From: Deltaproteobacteria bacterium
Lineage (GTDB): Bacteria > Myxococcota_A > Polyangia > Fen-1088
Assembly (NCBI GenBank): GCA_033763315.1
Contig: JANRKS010000006.1
Coordinates: forward strand, 32,001 to 96,000
Reading direction: 5' to 3'
Length of the DNA stretch: 64,000 nucleotides
Shown here: in pieces, positions 18,148 through 27,498 of the stretch
Layout of the letters: the number at the start of each line of letters is the position of its first letter
How positions within the stretch are numbered: the stretch's first letter is position 1
Made by a program: the position numbers and the translations under genes
Notes under the pieces: generated by a model
What the model saw: only the letters and a program-made list of their open reading frames with translations
The model's database searches: none
Told to the model about the DNA's origin: nothing

Positions 18148-20190
18148 TCACTGACCTGCGTCTAGGACTTGCCTGACTTTGCGCAGAAGCAGGTCCGGGA
18201 TGATGGGCTTTTGCAGGAAGGCCATGCCTCGGTCAAGAACGCCTCGAGACAGCACGGTGTTCTCGGTATAGCCAGAGACGAACAACACACGCATCTTTGG
18301 CCGTAGGGCGCACAGACCATCGAACAGCGGCTTGCCGCCCATACCTGGCATCACGACATCCGTCAGTAGGAGGTGAATGAGCTCATCACTGTCAGTGCAC
18401 AGTTTTAAAGCCGTTGCGCCGTTTTCTGCCTCAATCACGCGGTAGCCGTTACGCCTTAACGTTGTGCTCGTCACGCCCCGCACTTGTTCATCGTCTTCAA
18501 CCACCAAAACTGTTTCGGTGCCCTGCAGGTTCACCAGCGGCTGCTCAAGCGTAGCCGCCTGCACCGCTTCATCCACGCGCGGCAGGTAAATCTTGAAGGT
18601 GGTTCCTTGGCTTGGCTCGCTGTAAACCAGGATATGGCCGCCGTTTTGTTTGACGATTCCAAACACCGTGGAAAGTCCGAGGCCCGTACCCCTTTCCCCA
18701 TCCTTTGTGGTGAAGAACGGCTCGAAGATCCGCTCTTGGGTCTGGGCATCCATGCCTTCCCCCGTATCGGTCACAGCGATCATCACGTAGGGGCCCGGCG
18801 TCACGTCGTGCTGGCCCTCTGCATAGCCGGCGTCTAGCTCGACATTTGCGGCTTCCACTATAAGCCGCCCGCCCCGTGGCATCGCATCCCGAGCATTAAC
18901 GGCCAAATTCATCACGACCTGTTCCATCTCTGTAGGATCGGCCCGCACGTGGCCGCAGTCCTTGGACAAAAGCAACGAAAGTTCGATGTCTTCGCCCAGC
19001 AGGCGGTACAGCATCTTTTGCATGCTCGCCAATTGTTCCGCTGGATCGAGCACACGAGACTCAGAGACCTTTCGCCGACTGAAGGCCAGCAAATGCTGGG
19101 TCAGCTCTTTGGCTCGCTTGCCTGCGCGGTGAATTTGCTCAATATCCATCCACACGGGTGAGCCTTTGGCCAAATCCTCCATCAGGAACGATGAATAGCC
19201 CAAAATGACGGAAAGAAGGTTATTGAAGTCGTGAGCAACGCCCGCGGCCAGCTGTCCGACGGCGTCCATCTTTTGCGCCTGCCGAAGCTGCGCTTCAAGT
19301 TCCCGTTGTTGGGTGACGTCAGCCTGCACGCCCACAAAATTCACCACTTTGCCAACTTCATCCACTACGGGCGATACACTTAGGTTGTTCCAGAACGTAG
19401 TTCCATCCTTGCGGTAATTAAGTAGCTCGACAGCACAGGCCTGGCCTAAAGCGAGGCTGTGGCGAAGTTTGGCAACCACCTCCTTATCGGTTTTGGGACC
19501 TTGGAGGAAGCGACAGTTCTTACCCAGAGCCTCGTGCGGGGGATATCCTGTGAGACGCTCAAAGCCTGGGCTGACAAAAACAATCGGGTTGTCGAACAGC
19601 GTGGCATCTGTGATGACGATGCCTTGTGGCACAGCACGGATGGCGCGCTCGCGCATCTGCAGCTGCGCCTTTTCCTCAACCAAGGCTTGATTGGACTCGG
19701 TGAGCTGCTGCGTCTTCTCCTCAAGTTTTCTGACCAGGGATGCGCTGTAGAGTTTGAATAGATCCGGCGCTTCTTCGGCCGCATGCAAGCCATCTGGCTC
19801 GCCCATGCGGGGCGCGCTTGCCATGGCGGCGAAGATGCGGGCCATAAGTTCAGCGGGCTCCAAGGGCTTGACCAAGAACGCATCGGCGCCCAAACCGTAG
19901 GCAAGCTTCTCATCTGCGGGTTCGGTATAGGTGGCCGTGTAGACCACGAACGGAATCGCCTTGAGCTGAGCGTCTGCTTTCCACTGCCGCAACAGGGTGT
20001 AGCCATCCATGACGGGCATCAATAAGTCGGACACGATAATGCTGGGGACAACCTGCCGTGCCATCATCATGGCTTCCGCGCCATGTCGAGCGGCCGTGAC
20101 AGCAAAACCGTGCCCCTGCAGCAGCGATTGCAGAAAATAAAGATTCTCCTCTTTGTCATCCACAATCAACGCGCGCAGGGTGTTCGTCAT
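18148..20190 (-). CDS. hybrid histidine kinase REC-LOV-HisKA-HATPase-REC (putative blue-light sensor)
   Basis: Canonical LOV motif GKNCRFLQ and NYRKDGTTFWN, H-box AHDFNN, two receiver domains. ATG 20190 overlaps the upstream stop codon. Confidence 0.9.
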   Translation of the reverse strand: MTNTLRALIVDDKEENLYFLQSLLQGHGFAVTAARHGAEAMMMARQVVPSIIVSDLLMPVMDGYTLLRQWKADAQLKAIPFVVYTATYTEPADEKLAYGLGADAFLVKPLEPAELMARIFAAMASAPRMGEPDGLHAAEEAPDLFKLYSASLVRKLEEKTQQLTESNQALVEEKAQLQMRERAIRAVPQGIVITDATLFDNPIVFVSPGFERLTGYPPHEALGKNCRFLQGPKTDKEVVAKLRHSLALGQACAVELLNYRKDGTTFWNNLSVSPVVDEVGKVVNFVGVQADVTQQRELEAQLRQAQKMDAVGQLAAGVAHDFNNLLSVILGYSSFLMEDLAKGSPVWMDIEQIHRAGKRAKELTQHLLAFSRRKVSESRVLDPAEQLASMQKMLYRLLGEDIELSLLLSKDCGHVRADPTEMEQVVMNLAVNARDAMPRGGRLIVEAANVELDAGYAEGQHDVTPGPYVMIAVTDTGEGMDAQTQERIFEPFFTTKDGERGTGLGLSTVFGIVKQNGGHILVYSEPSQGTTFKIYLPRVDEAVQAATLEQPLVNLQGTETVLVVEDDEQVRGVTSTTLRRNGYRVIEAENGATALKLCTDSDELIHLLLTDVVMPGMGGKPLFDGLCALRPKMRVLFVSGYTENTVLSRGVLDRGMAFLQKPIIPDLLLRKVRQVLDAGQ

Positions 20191-20573
20191 TGGGGCGTCC
20201 TTGCCTGTGCCGCAATAAAGCTGGCCACCTCGGTCGCAAATGATTCGGGATTGATGGGCTTCTCTATGTAACCGTTGCAACCGGCTTGCAGGGCCTTTTC
20301 CCGATCGCCAGCCATGGCATAAGAAGTCACAGCAACGATGGGCGTTTGTTTAAGCTCGTCAAAGGAGCGCAGGGCGCGAGCCACTGAGTACCCGTCCATC
20401 GTGGGCAATTGGATGTCGAGCAGAATCAAGACGGGCTTCAAACTGCGCGCAAGGTCCACGCCTATGCGGCCGTCATGCGCCGAGACGACCTTGAACCCAT
20501 GGGCCTCCAGCAGGAACGTTGTTAGGTAACGATTGTGCTCGTTGTCCTCGATCAAAAGAATTGTGGCATCCAT
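20187..20573 (-). CDS. single-domain response regulator (DivK/CheY-like)
   Basis: IEDN...LLDIQLP...VTSYAM...YIEKPI. Confidence 0.9.
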   Translation of the reverse strand: MDATILLIEDNEHNRYLTTFLLEAHGFKVVSAHDGRIGVDLARSLKPVLILLDIQLPTMDGYSVARALRSFDELKQTPIVAVTSYAMAGDREKALQAGCNGYIEKPINPESFATEVASFIAAQARTPQ

Positions 20574-20574
20574 G

Positions 20575-22224
20575 TTAGACCGCACCTTCAAGGGGCAACG
20601 AAAGAGAAAAGGTGCTGCCCTTGGCCCACGTGCTTGTGGCTTGCACCTGGCCTCCCATCAGCCCCGCCAATCGTCGGCAAATCGCCAGACCCAATCCGGT
20701 TCCTTCGTATTGTCGGGTCAAGCCTGTATCCACCTGGCTAAACGGTTGGAATAGACGGCTCAAATTCTCCGCCGCGATTCCCATCCCCGTGTCTTGGACA
20801 TCAATGCGAATCCCCGATCCTGGGGCTAAAAGGCTCCCGGCATCCGTCAACTGCACAATGATTTTCACGTGTCCCTGCATGGTGAACTTGATCGCGTTGG
20901 TCACAAGGTTGATGAGGATCTGCTCGAATCTGCGCTTGTCACTGATCATCGGCGGCAGCGCGCCTGGAAGTTCGCACAGCAACGCAAGCCCCTTCTTTTG
21001 GGCCAACGGGGATGTGAGATCAATGACGGCTTGAATTGAGCGCGTCAGATCGAAAGACTCACGACGCACTTGCAGCTGACCGGCTTCGATTTTCGATAGG
21101 TCAAGAACGTCATTGATGAGATCAAGCAAGTGCCTCCCGCTCGATCGCACCATTGATAGTTGCTTTCTTTGCTCGTCCGATAGGGGCCCGGCCAAGCCTT
21201 GTAGAAGAATTCCCGTAAAGCCAATGATTGAATTCAAAGGCGTCCGGAGCTCGTGTGACATGGTGGCCAAGAACGCAGACTTGATCTGGTCGGCAGCTTC
21301 TGCGCGTACCAGCGCCTCCTTGAGTTCCGCGGTGCGTTCATCCACCTTGCGCTCAAGGGATGTATTCAACTCGTATAAAGATTTTTGGACTGCTTTGCGT
21401 TCGCTGATGTCACGGATCACAGCCAACAAGTTGCCGTCGGGCAGTTGCGTGGCGATCACCTCGGCGGGAAACGTGGTGCCGTTCTTGCGTTTGAATTGCC
21501 ACTCCCGCTCATGGGTCGCCCGGGATGTGATCTCCTTTAGGGCCGGGCTGATGTGTTGCGCTTCGGAAGCGGCAACAATGTCGGTTGCGTTCAACCGCAC
21601 AAATTCCTCGCGCGTGTAACCCAACATCTTGCACATGCTTGGGTTGGCGTCGACATAGTTGCTTTCGGCATCCGCAATGACGATGCCATCGGGTGCGTAG
21701 TCGAAAAGCGTGCGATACCGTCCTTCGCTCGTTGTGCGTGCCTCTTCTGCTTCTTTGCGCTTCGAGATATCGATTCCTACGCCCATCAAGCAGGTTTCCC
21801 CAAACAACTCAGTCCGCGCCCCGGTGAAGTAATAGGGAATGCTCAACCCTGCCTTTGTGTGAAAGCCTGCCTCAACCGAAGAACGACCGTCAGCAAAGAC
21901 TTCACTGATGCGCTCCGCCACCAGCAATCGATCGGCTGGTGAAATAAAATCAAGCGGATGCTTGTTCGCCACCTCGGCGCTGCTGCAGCCTGAGACGGTC
22001 TCGAAGTTCCTGTTCCATCGAAGAAACTTACCGCGCGCGGTGTACAGATAGAAAATGCCGGGCAAGTGATCGAGGATCGCGTCCGCAAAATGGGGCTCGC
22101 CCCGCTTGGCGAGTTGTTGGCCGTCGACTTGGGCCCTGCGCTGCTGTTGTCTAGCGACGGGCGGCACCAGCCTGCCCCGTCTCGGCTTCCGTGCCGCCAA
22201 TCGCGAGTTTGAAGAATCGCCCAT
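20575..22224 (-). CDS. PAS-PAS sensor histidine kinase
   Basis: Two PAS domains, MSHELRTPL, NAIKFT, DTGMGI, GTGLGL; AAGGAGG RBS before ATG 22224. Confidence 0.9.
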   Translation of the reverse strand: MGDSSNSRLAARKPRRGRLVPPVARQQQRRAQVDGQQLAKRGEPHFADAILDHLPGIFYLYTARGKFLRWNRNFETVSGCSSAEVANKHPLDFISPADRLLVAERISEVFADGRSSVEAGFHTKAGLSIPYYFTGARTELFGETCLMGVGIDISKRKEAEEARTTSEGRYRTLFDYAPDGIVIADAESNYVDANPSMCKMLGYTREEFVRLNATDIVAASEAQHISPALKEITSRATHEREWQFKRKNGTTFPAEVIATQLPDGNLLAVIRDISERKAVQKSLYELNTSLERKVDERTAELKEALVRAEAADQIKSAFLATMSHELRTPLNSIIGFTGILLQGLAGPLSDEQRKQLSMVRSSGRHLLDLINDVLDLSKIEAGQLQVRRESFDLTRSIQAVIDLTSPLAQKKGLALLCELPGALPPMISDKRRFEQILINLVTNAIKFTMQGHVKIIVQLTDAGSLLAPGSGIRIDVQDTGMGIAAENLSRLFQPFSQVDTGLTRQYEGTGLGLAICRRLAGLMGGQVQATSTWAKGSTFSLSLPLEGAV

Positions 22225-22556
22225 ACGCCCCCCTCCTTGTACGCGACCGTAGCATCGCCTAGGTCCCGCATGGGTGCAAATGGCCGATACAGATCCCGCA
22301 CAAGTGGGGCTGGCTTTCAGTACGGCATCATGCTCGTCATAACCGTTTAGGCCGGGCGGCATGGGTGCGCTTTGCACCTTTGCCTACCCCGGTCGCGAGG
22401 CGCGCCACTGGCATGGCCGGGATGGGTACGGGCTTGTGGGCCGTGGCCCAGCCGCCGCTTCATATGGAGTCGTTGAATCTTGGCCCTAGCCGCTGAGGTC
22501 AGCATATCGACGTTCCTCAGTGTTCGACCGCGTCCGCTTCGAGTAAAACCGGAAAG

Positions 22557-24590
22557 ATGGGCAGCAAGGTTGGCGCGATGTTTGTGATCGGAACGCTTTT
22601 GGCAGGCTGCGCTTCAGGCTCCAGCCAGCAAAGCGCCACGGTGTTGTTCCGCGATCAGTTTGACCAGCTGCGGCCTGGGGCCTTCTCCCATCCGATAGGC
22701 CCGCGCAGCGAGTATCACTATTTACCCGAGGTGGCTCCTCGCCAAGGGTGGACGATCTCCAACCATCTTTGGGAGGGGTCCCAGTGGAGTTGGCGCGTGG
22801 TGGAACGCAACGGGCAAGCTGGCCTCGCGCAAACATACGACAATCCCTACCCGCATTGGCATCCCATGGTGGTGGCAGGCGATCCGCTGTGGAGGGAGTA
22901 CACGGCGAACGCGGTGTTTGAAACAGCGTCAAACAAGCGGGTGGGCCTGGCGGTGCATTATCTTCATGATCGGGTTTACGTGTTCGTTGGGATCGAGGCC
23001 GGCCGATTCCTGATCAAGACCGTGAACCACGAAAGCACCTTTCATCAACCTGACGAACGCATTCTGGCGTCAGCCCCGCATGCACAATCGTCAGGACCAT
23101 CGCAGCTTGTTGTGCAGGTGCATGGCCCCGACGTTGTTGCCACGCTTGCTGGCCACACAATGCGCGCGAGCGTTCCTGGCCTAAGCCATGGCCGCATCGC
23201 CGTTGTCGCTTCAGGCCCCGCCACCTTCTTCAACGTCACGGTCACCGCGCCCAGGGACGCGGCGCAACGACTTGCGCAGGCGCAAGCGCATCGGCAGCAA
23301 GACGATATCGCGCGCAACAAGAAATACCCGGCAATGAAGCTGTGGCGAACCATCTCCACCCTCGGCTTTGGCGTGGGTCGCAACATGCGCATAGGCGACC
23401 TGGATAACGACGGGCAAAAAGAGCTCATCTTGGGTCAAGTGCAACACCACGGCCCCGCGGACGCGCACGCAGAACTTTCTTGCTTAACCGCCATGCGGCT
23501 TGACGGCTCAAAGCTATGGCAGATCGGCGAGCCCGATCCCTACCGGCACCATCTGACCAATGATGTGGCCTGGCAAATTCACGATCTTGATGGCGACGGC
23601 AAGACTGAAGTGATCTACACGATGAATCAACGAATCTTCGTTGCCGATGGGCGCTCGGGCAAAACGCTGCGTGAAGCGCCCACGCCTGCCGCACGGCCAG
23701 CACCCGGGCAAGTCAGCAAGTTCCCCCGCATTCTTGGCGACGCTTTGTTGATCGCAGACCTGCAAGGCAAAGGGCACCCCACAAGCCTCGTGCTCAAAGA
23801 TCGCTATGAAAACGTATGGGTCTACGACGATCAGCTGCAACCCCGTTGGAGCGCACCCTGCAACACGGGCCACTTTCCTTTCGCCCACGACATCAACAAT
23901 GACGGCCACCAAGAGCTGCTGGCCGGCTATTGCTTTTTTGGCCCCAATGGCGAGGCGTTATGGTCCTGGGAAAAACAACTGCAGGATCACGCTGACGGCG
24001 TGGCCATTGTGCGCTTGGGTGGACCCAACGCACCCTTAGATGTGGTTATGGTTGCAAGCGATGAGGGGCTGCTGTTGGGTGACACAGCAGGCAACGTGAA
24101 GGTCCATCATCGGATTGGGCACGCGCAAAGTGCGTCGGTGGCGAATTACCGCGATGACCTGCCGGGCCTTGAGATCGTCGTGTCCGATTTTTGGGGAAAC
24201 CAGGGCATCATCTTGATTTTCGATGCGCAGGGCCGCCTCATCAAGCAGTTCGAGCCTATGCAGGCAGGCAGCCCTGTGGTTCCCATCAACTGGTCAGGTG
24301 GCAAAGAAGAGCTGTTCGCTCTGGCTGCAGATGTGAATGAAGGCGGTCTGTTCGACGGGCACGGAGAGCGAGCGGTACGGTTTCCCGCCGATGGTCATCC
24401 AGATCAAACGTTCGCTGTGGCTGATCTCACCGGCGACGCACGCGATGAAATTTTGGTTTGGGATCCAAGCGCGGTTTGGATCTACACCCAGGATCAACCC
24501 GCCGCGGGTCCCGTTGAACGACGCCGACGCAGCGACGAGTTGAATCAATCCAATTACCAGATCGTGGTGTCGGTGCCGAAGTCCTATTGA
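22557..24590 (+). CDS. lipoprotein with N-terminal beta-sandwich and C-terminal Ca-binding beta-propeller (rhamnogalacturonan lyase PL11-like)
   Basis: Lipobox LAGC; repeated DxDxDG loops (GDLDNDG, HDLDGDG, HDINNDG, DLTGD) and several His motifs. Lyase activity is an inference. Confidence 0.65.
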   Translation: MGSKVGAMFVIGTLLAGCASGSSQQSATVLFRDQFDQLRPGAFSHPIGPRSEYHYLPEVAPRQGWTISNHLWEGSQWSWRVVERNGQAGLAQTYDNPYPHWHPMVVAGDPLWREYTANAVFETASNKRVGLAVHYLHDRVYVFVGIEAGRFLIKTVNHESTFHQPDERILASAPHAQSSGPSQLVVQVHGPDVVATLAGHTMRASVPGLSHGRIAVVASGPATFFNVTVTAPRDAAQRLAQAQAHRQQDDIARNKKYPAMKLWRTISTLGFGVGRNMRIGDLDNDGQKELILGQVQHHGPADAHAELSCLTAMRLDGSKLWQIGEPDPYRHHLTNDVAWQIHDLDGDGKTEVIYTMNQRIFVADGRSGKTLREAPTPAARPAPGQVSKFPRILGDALLIADLQGKGHPTSLVLKDRYENVWVYDDQLQPRWSAPCNTGHFPFAHDINNDGHQELLAGYCFFGPNGEALWSWEKQLQDHADGVAIVRLGGPNAPLDVVMVASDEGLLLGDTAGNVKVHHRIGHAQSASVANYRDDLPGLEIVVSDFWGNQGIILIFDAQGRLIKQFEPMQAGSPVVPINWSGGKEELFALAADVNEGGLFDGHGERAVRFPADGHPDQTFAVADLTGDARDEILVWDPSAVWIYTQDQPAAGPVERRRRSDELNQSNYQIVVSVPKSY

Positions 24591-24711
24591 GCCGCTTCAG
24601 CCCGAAGGCGCGCAGGCGTTTGCGAACGCCGTGCGCGATTGGGTCAAGAAGCGCCTGCGGCTACACGGACACCCGCACGCTTGTGGTGCGGGTGCCGTGA
24701 CGAGCGGGGGC

Positions 24712-25965
24712 TCAGTCGTAGACACCACCGGGTGGTTCGGTAGAAAGGTTTGACTCAACCAGAATGCGCGAGAAGGTGGTTCCCTCTTCCCGATACGCAA
24801 ACTCAAGCGTGTGGCTACCTGCGGAAAGTGTAGGCTGAACGACGGCATTCGATGCGCCGGAATCGCGAACGTCGGCCCAGCCGTAGCTGCCCATGCCCAC
24901 GATGTTGTCCCACTTGATCCAAGTGCCGTGATCGATCCGCACCCAGAATGAATCGGATGATGTGGACGGCGCGGTGACGAGCACCCAGAACTTCACCTTC
25001 GTGGTGGCACCCAGTTGGAAGTCAAAGCGAGCGTATCCAGTATCTGGGGCGGCGTTCAGGCTGTTGTAGCCTGGGAACACCTTGGCCTCTTCATCGCTCC
25101 AATCGAAGAACATCGGCGACGAGTAAGAGGCGCCGTAGCCGTCTCGAATGACGAGGGGGTAGTTATTGGACGCGAAGCCCGAGCACCACACCTGCGAGGG
25201 CGTTCCGGTGTAACCAGAGCGCACCGGCACCACGCGGAAACAGCCCGTGGACTGCGCGTTGTAGACCAGGTTCGAATTGTTTTGCACGGAGGAGAAAGCT
25301 CCAGAAGCCTGCTGCTTCTCAATCTGGTAGCTGGTGGCCCCTGCCACAGCCGTCCAGGTGAAGCGAATCCGGTTGCTGCCGCTCACGTGGCTGAGCACCG
25401 GGGCGGCCAGCGGCGAGGAGAACGCCGTGGGCGAATAGTTCGGGTTGTCCGTGAACACCAGCGCGTCTAGCTGCACGTTGTTCTCACGATAAGCCACATC
25501 AAAGTCGTGGGCGCCTGCGGTCAGGTTGAACGTGACAGCAGATTTATCACCGTTGACGCTATCGTGAACGAAATCCCAGTGCCAAGCCGAGCCAAGGGCG
25601 ATGTCCATCCAGCGCACCCAGGTGCCGCCATCGAAGCGAACCCACAGCGAATCCGACGTGGTATCCGGCGCCTTCACGCGACCATACACGCCATAGACGC
25701 CGGCGTTGGTCAGCTCGATGTGGTATCGCGCGATGCCGGTCGCGGGCGGCGCGTTCAAGCTGTTGAGCCCGGAGGGCACTTTGACGAGAGAGCCGTCGGA
25801 CGCCAAGACCGCGTCCTCAATTCGCAAAGGGGACGTGATGCTGTTGCCACCTTCGCTGCTCGCGGCTCGCACCGACTCCGCTTCGACCCAAAGAGTGTCC
25901 GCGCTTGCGGATAGTGAAGGCAGAAGTGCTGCCACTGCCAGGGACAAGATTGTCTTCGTACGCAT
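24712..25965 (-). CDS. secreted protein with two CBM-like beta-sandwich domains flanking an FnIII-like domain
   Basis: Signal peptide; internal duplication SDSLWVRFD...AYRE / SDSFWVRID...AYRE; FTWTAVAGATSYQI. Confidence 0.75.
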   Translation of the reverse strand: MRTKTILSLAVAALLPSLSASADTLWVEAESVRAASSEGGNSITSPLRIEDAVLASDGSLVKVPSGLNSLNAPPATGIARYHIELTNAGVYGVYGRVKAPDTTSDSLWVRFDGGTWVRWMDIALGSAWHWDFVHDSVNGDKSAVTFNLTAGAHDFDVAYRENNVQLDALVFTDNPNYSPTAFSSPLAAPVLSHVSGSNRIRFTWTAVAGATSYQIEKQQASGAFSSVQNNSNLVYNAQSTGCFRVVPVRSGYTGTPSQVWCSGFASNNYPLVIRDGYGASYSSPMFFDWSDEEAKVFPGYNSLNAAPDTGYARFDFQLGATTKVKFWVLVTAPSTSSDSFWVRIDHGTWIKWDNIVGMGSYGWADVRDSGASNAVVQPTLSAGSHTLEFAYREEGTTFSRILVESNLSTEPPGGVYD

Positions 25966-26144
25966 GTTTTTTCCTTTTCAAGCACCCGTGTTGAAAGGCT
26001 TGGGTGCTGTTGGGTGGACGGTTCCCGGGCGAAAAGTCGCACGAATAAAAACCGGGGCGTGGTCAAAAGACTCCAGCTTGGCGGTGGCACTCATCCCGAC
26101 CCTAAGGCCCCCCAGGAACAGCCCAGATCAAACGAGCGACACAA

Positions 26145-27260
26145 CTACTGGCCGCCGTTGCTTTGCCAAAATGTGTCGTAACATTGTTTCTGTTCCGCAC
26201 ACGGCAAAGTTGCGCAGGCCTCGAACTGTGGAAGCTTTTCATCCAAAAACAGACCGCTCAAGTAACAGACGTCGTCGCTGCTCGCGACATTGGGGTCGGC
26301 CTCTCCGCAAGCCTTTGCGCCCTGTTCGCACACCAAGGCTCCACCTCTTAGAATCATCGTACAAACAAGCAGCTCATCGTTATAGCCGCCGGCTGAGCAC
26401 GCTTGAAGTGCGGCCGTATCCTTGTACGAGGGGGGGCTGGCCTCAAGGGCGGCGATTGATAGGCAGGCTTCGGCAAGATTTGACGAATCAATTTCGCCGC
26501 CCTTGTTTGTTATAAAGTTGCACAGTTCTGTTTTCTTTGTGTTCGCAACGCAGGCGTCGAAAATAGGCTCCACGCGGGGATTCAAAGCGCCTTTAGCGCG
26601 AATCGGCTCGAATACCTCTCGAACCTTTTTGCAAGCGTTGCTCGCCGCCAAGCGCTGCGCCTCTGTGGTGGTTCCCACACAACTTGCAACAAGGCCGGGA
26701 AAGTAGTCACATCCCACTTGTGCGGCAGCTGTGTCGGCACCACCATCAACCACAGCTTGATCCTCGGCGTAGGCAAAGCCCCAGACACCTGTCTCAGTCA
26801 CGTCTGCCTCCCAGTCTTCGTCGTTAGGTGGCACAGCGCCTACAAGCACAGCCGCACGTCGCACGGCAAAGCCTTCTGCCTTTCCTTGATTTCCCACTAA
26901 GACGTACCCTCGCATGGGCGCCGCAGGCGCAACGGCTTGTCGCAGGCGCGCGGCGCCAGTGAAAACCAGCGCTTCGCCCGTGATCTCGACGGCCACATCA
27001 CCGGCGGGCGTGCGCCCACGCTTGGCAAGCTGGCCCACCACCCTCACTCGCATGCGCGCAGGTTGCGACACAGACGCGGCCGGCACCGTCACAACGGCTC
27101 GACCACGACCGACGCCCACAGTGACGGAGACATCCTGCCTGCCGACTTCAACGATGGTTTCAGCGAACACCACGGCGTATGGCGCTGCATTCTTTTCATC
27201 CGAGCAGCCGGCGAAGGCTACAAAGGTTAACAAGGCAATGATTTGTCGTTTTCGATTCAT
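26145..27260 (-). CDS. hypothetical lipoprotein with Cys-rich C-terminal half
   Basis: MNRKRQ...FAGC lipobox; GAGGA upstream of ATG 27260. Confidence 0.7.
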   Translation of the reverse strand: MNRKRQIIALLTFVAFAGCSDEKNAAPYAVVFAETIVEVGRQDVSVTVGVGRGRAVVTVPAASVSQPARMRVRVVGQLAKRGRTPAGDVAVEITGEALVFTGAARLRQAVAPAAPMRGYVLVGNQGKAEGFAVRRAAVLVGAVPPNDEDWEADVTETGVWGFAYAEDQAVVDGGADTAAAQVGCDYFPGLVASCVGTTTEAQRLAASNACKKVREVFEPIRAKGALNPRVEPIFDACVANTKKTELCNFITNKGGEIDSSNLAEACLSIAALEASPPSYKDTAALQACSAGGYNDELLVCTMILRGGALVCEQGAKACGEADPNVASSDDVCYLSGLFLDEKLPQFEACATLPCAEQKQCYDTFWQSNGGQ

Positions 27261-27498
27261 GACATCCTCAGAGTTGGGCGCAATCGCGATGACGCACCTG
27301 TTGAATCGCCTTCGCGGAGCTTCGAGAAGGCTTAACTCAACAGACACGTGGGCGAGGCCGAACCTTCCGTCCGAACCCCGCTGGCCCGCTTTACACCTGA
27401 CGATCGGCCAAGCTCGTTGCGCCAAAACTTCGCCTCGAAGGGCTAGGAATTGACCCAGGGAAGTCTTTGGCAGGATTGGTCCGCGCGTTAGCTGCGCC

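Noticed and set aside
25706-26515. 269-aa plus-strand ORF
   Set aside because: It overlaps two supported minus-strand genes and has no recognisable motifs.
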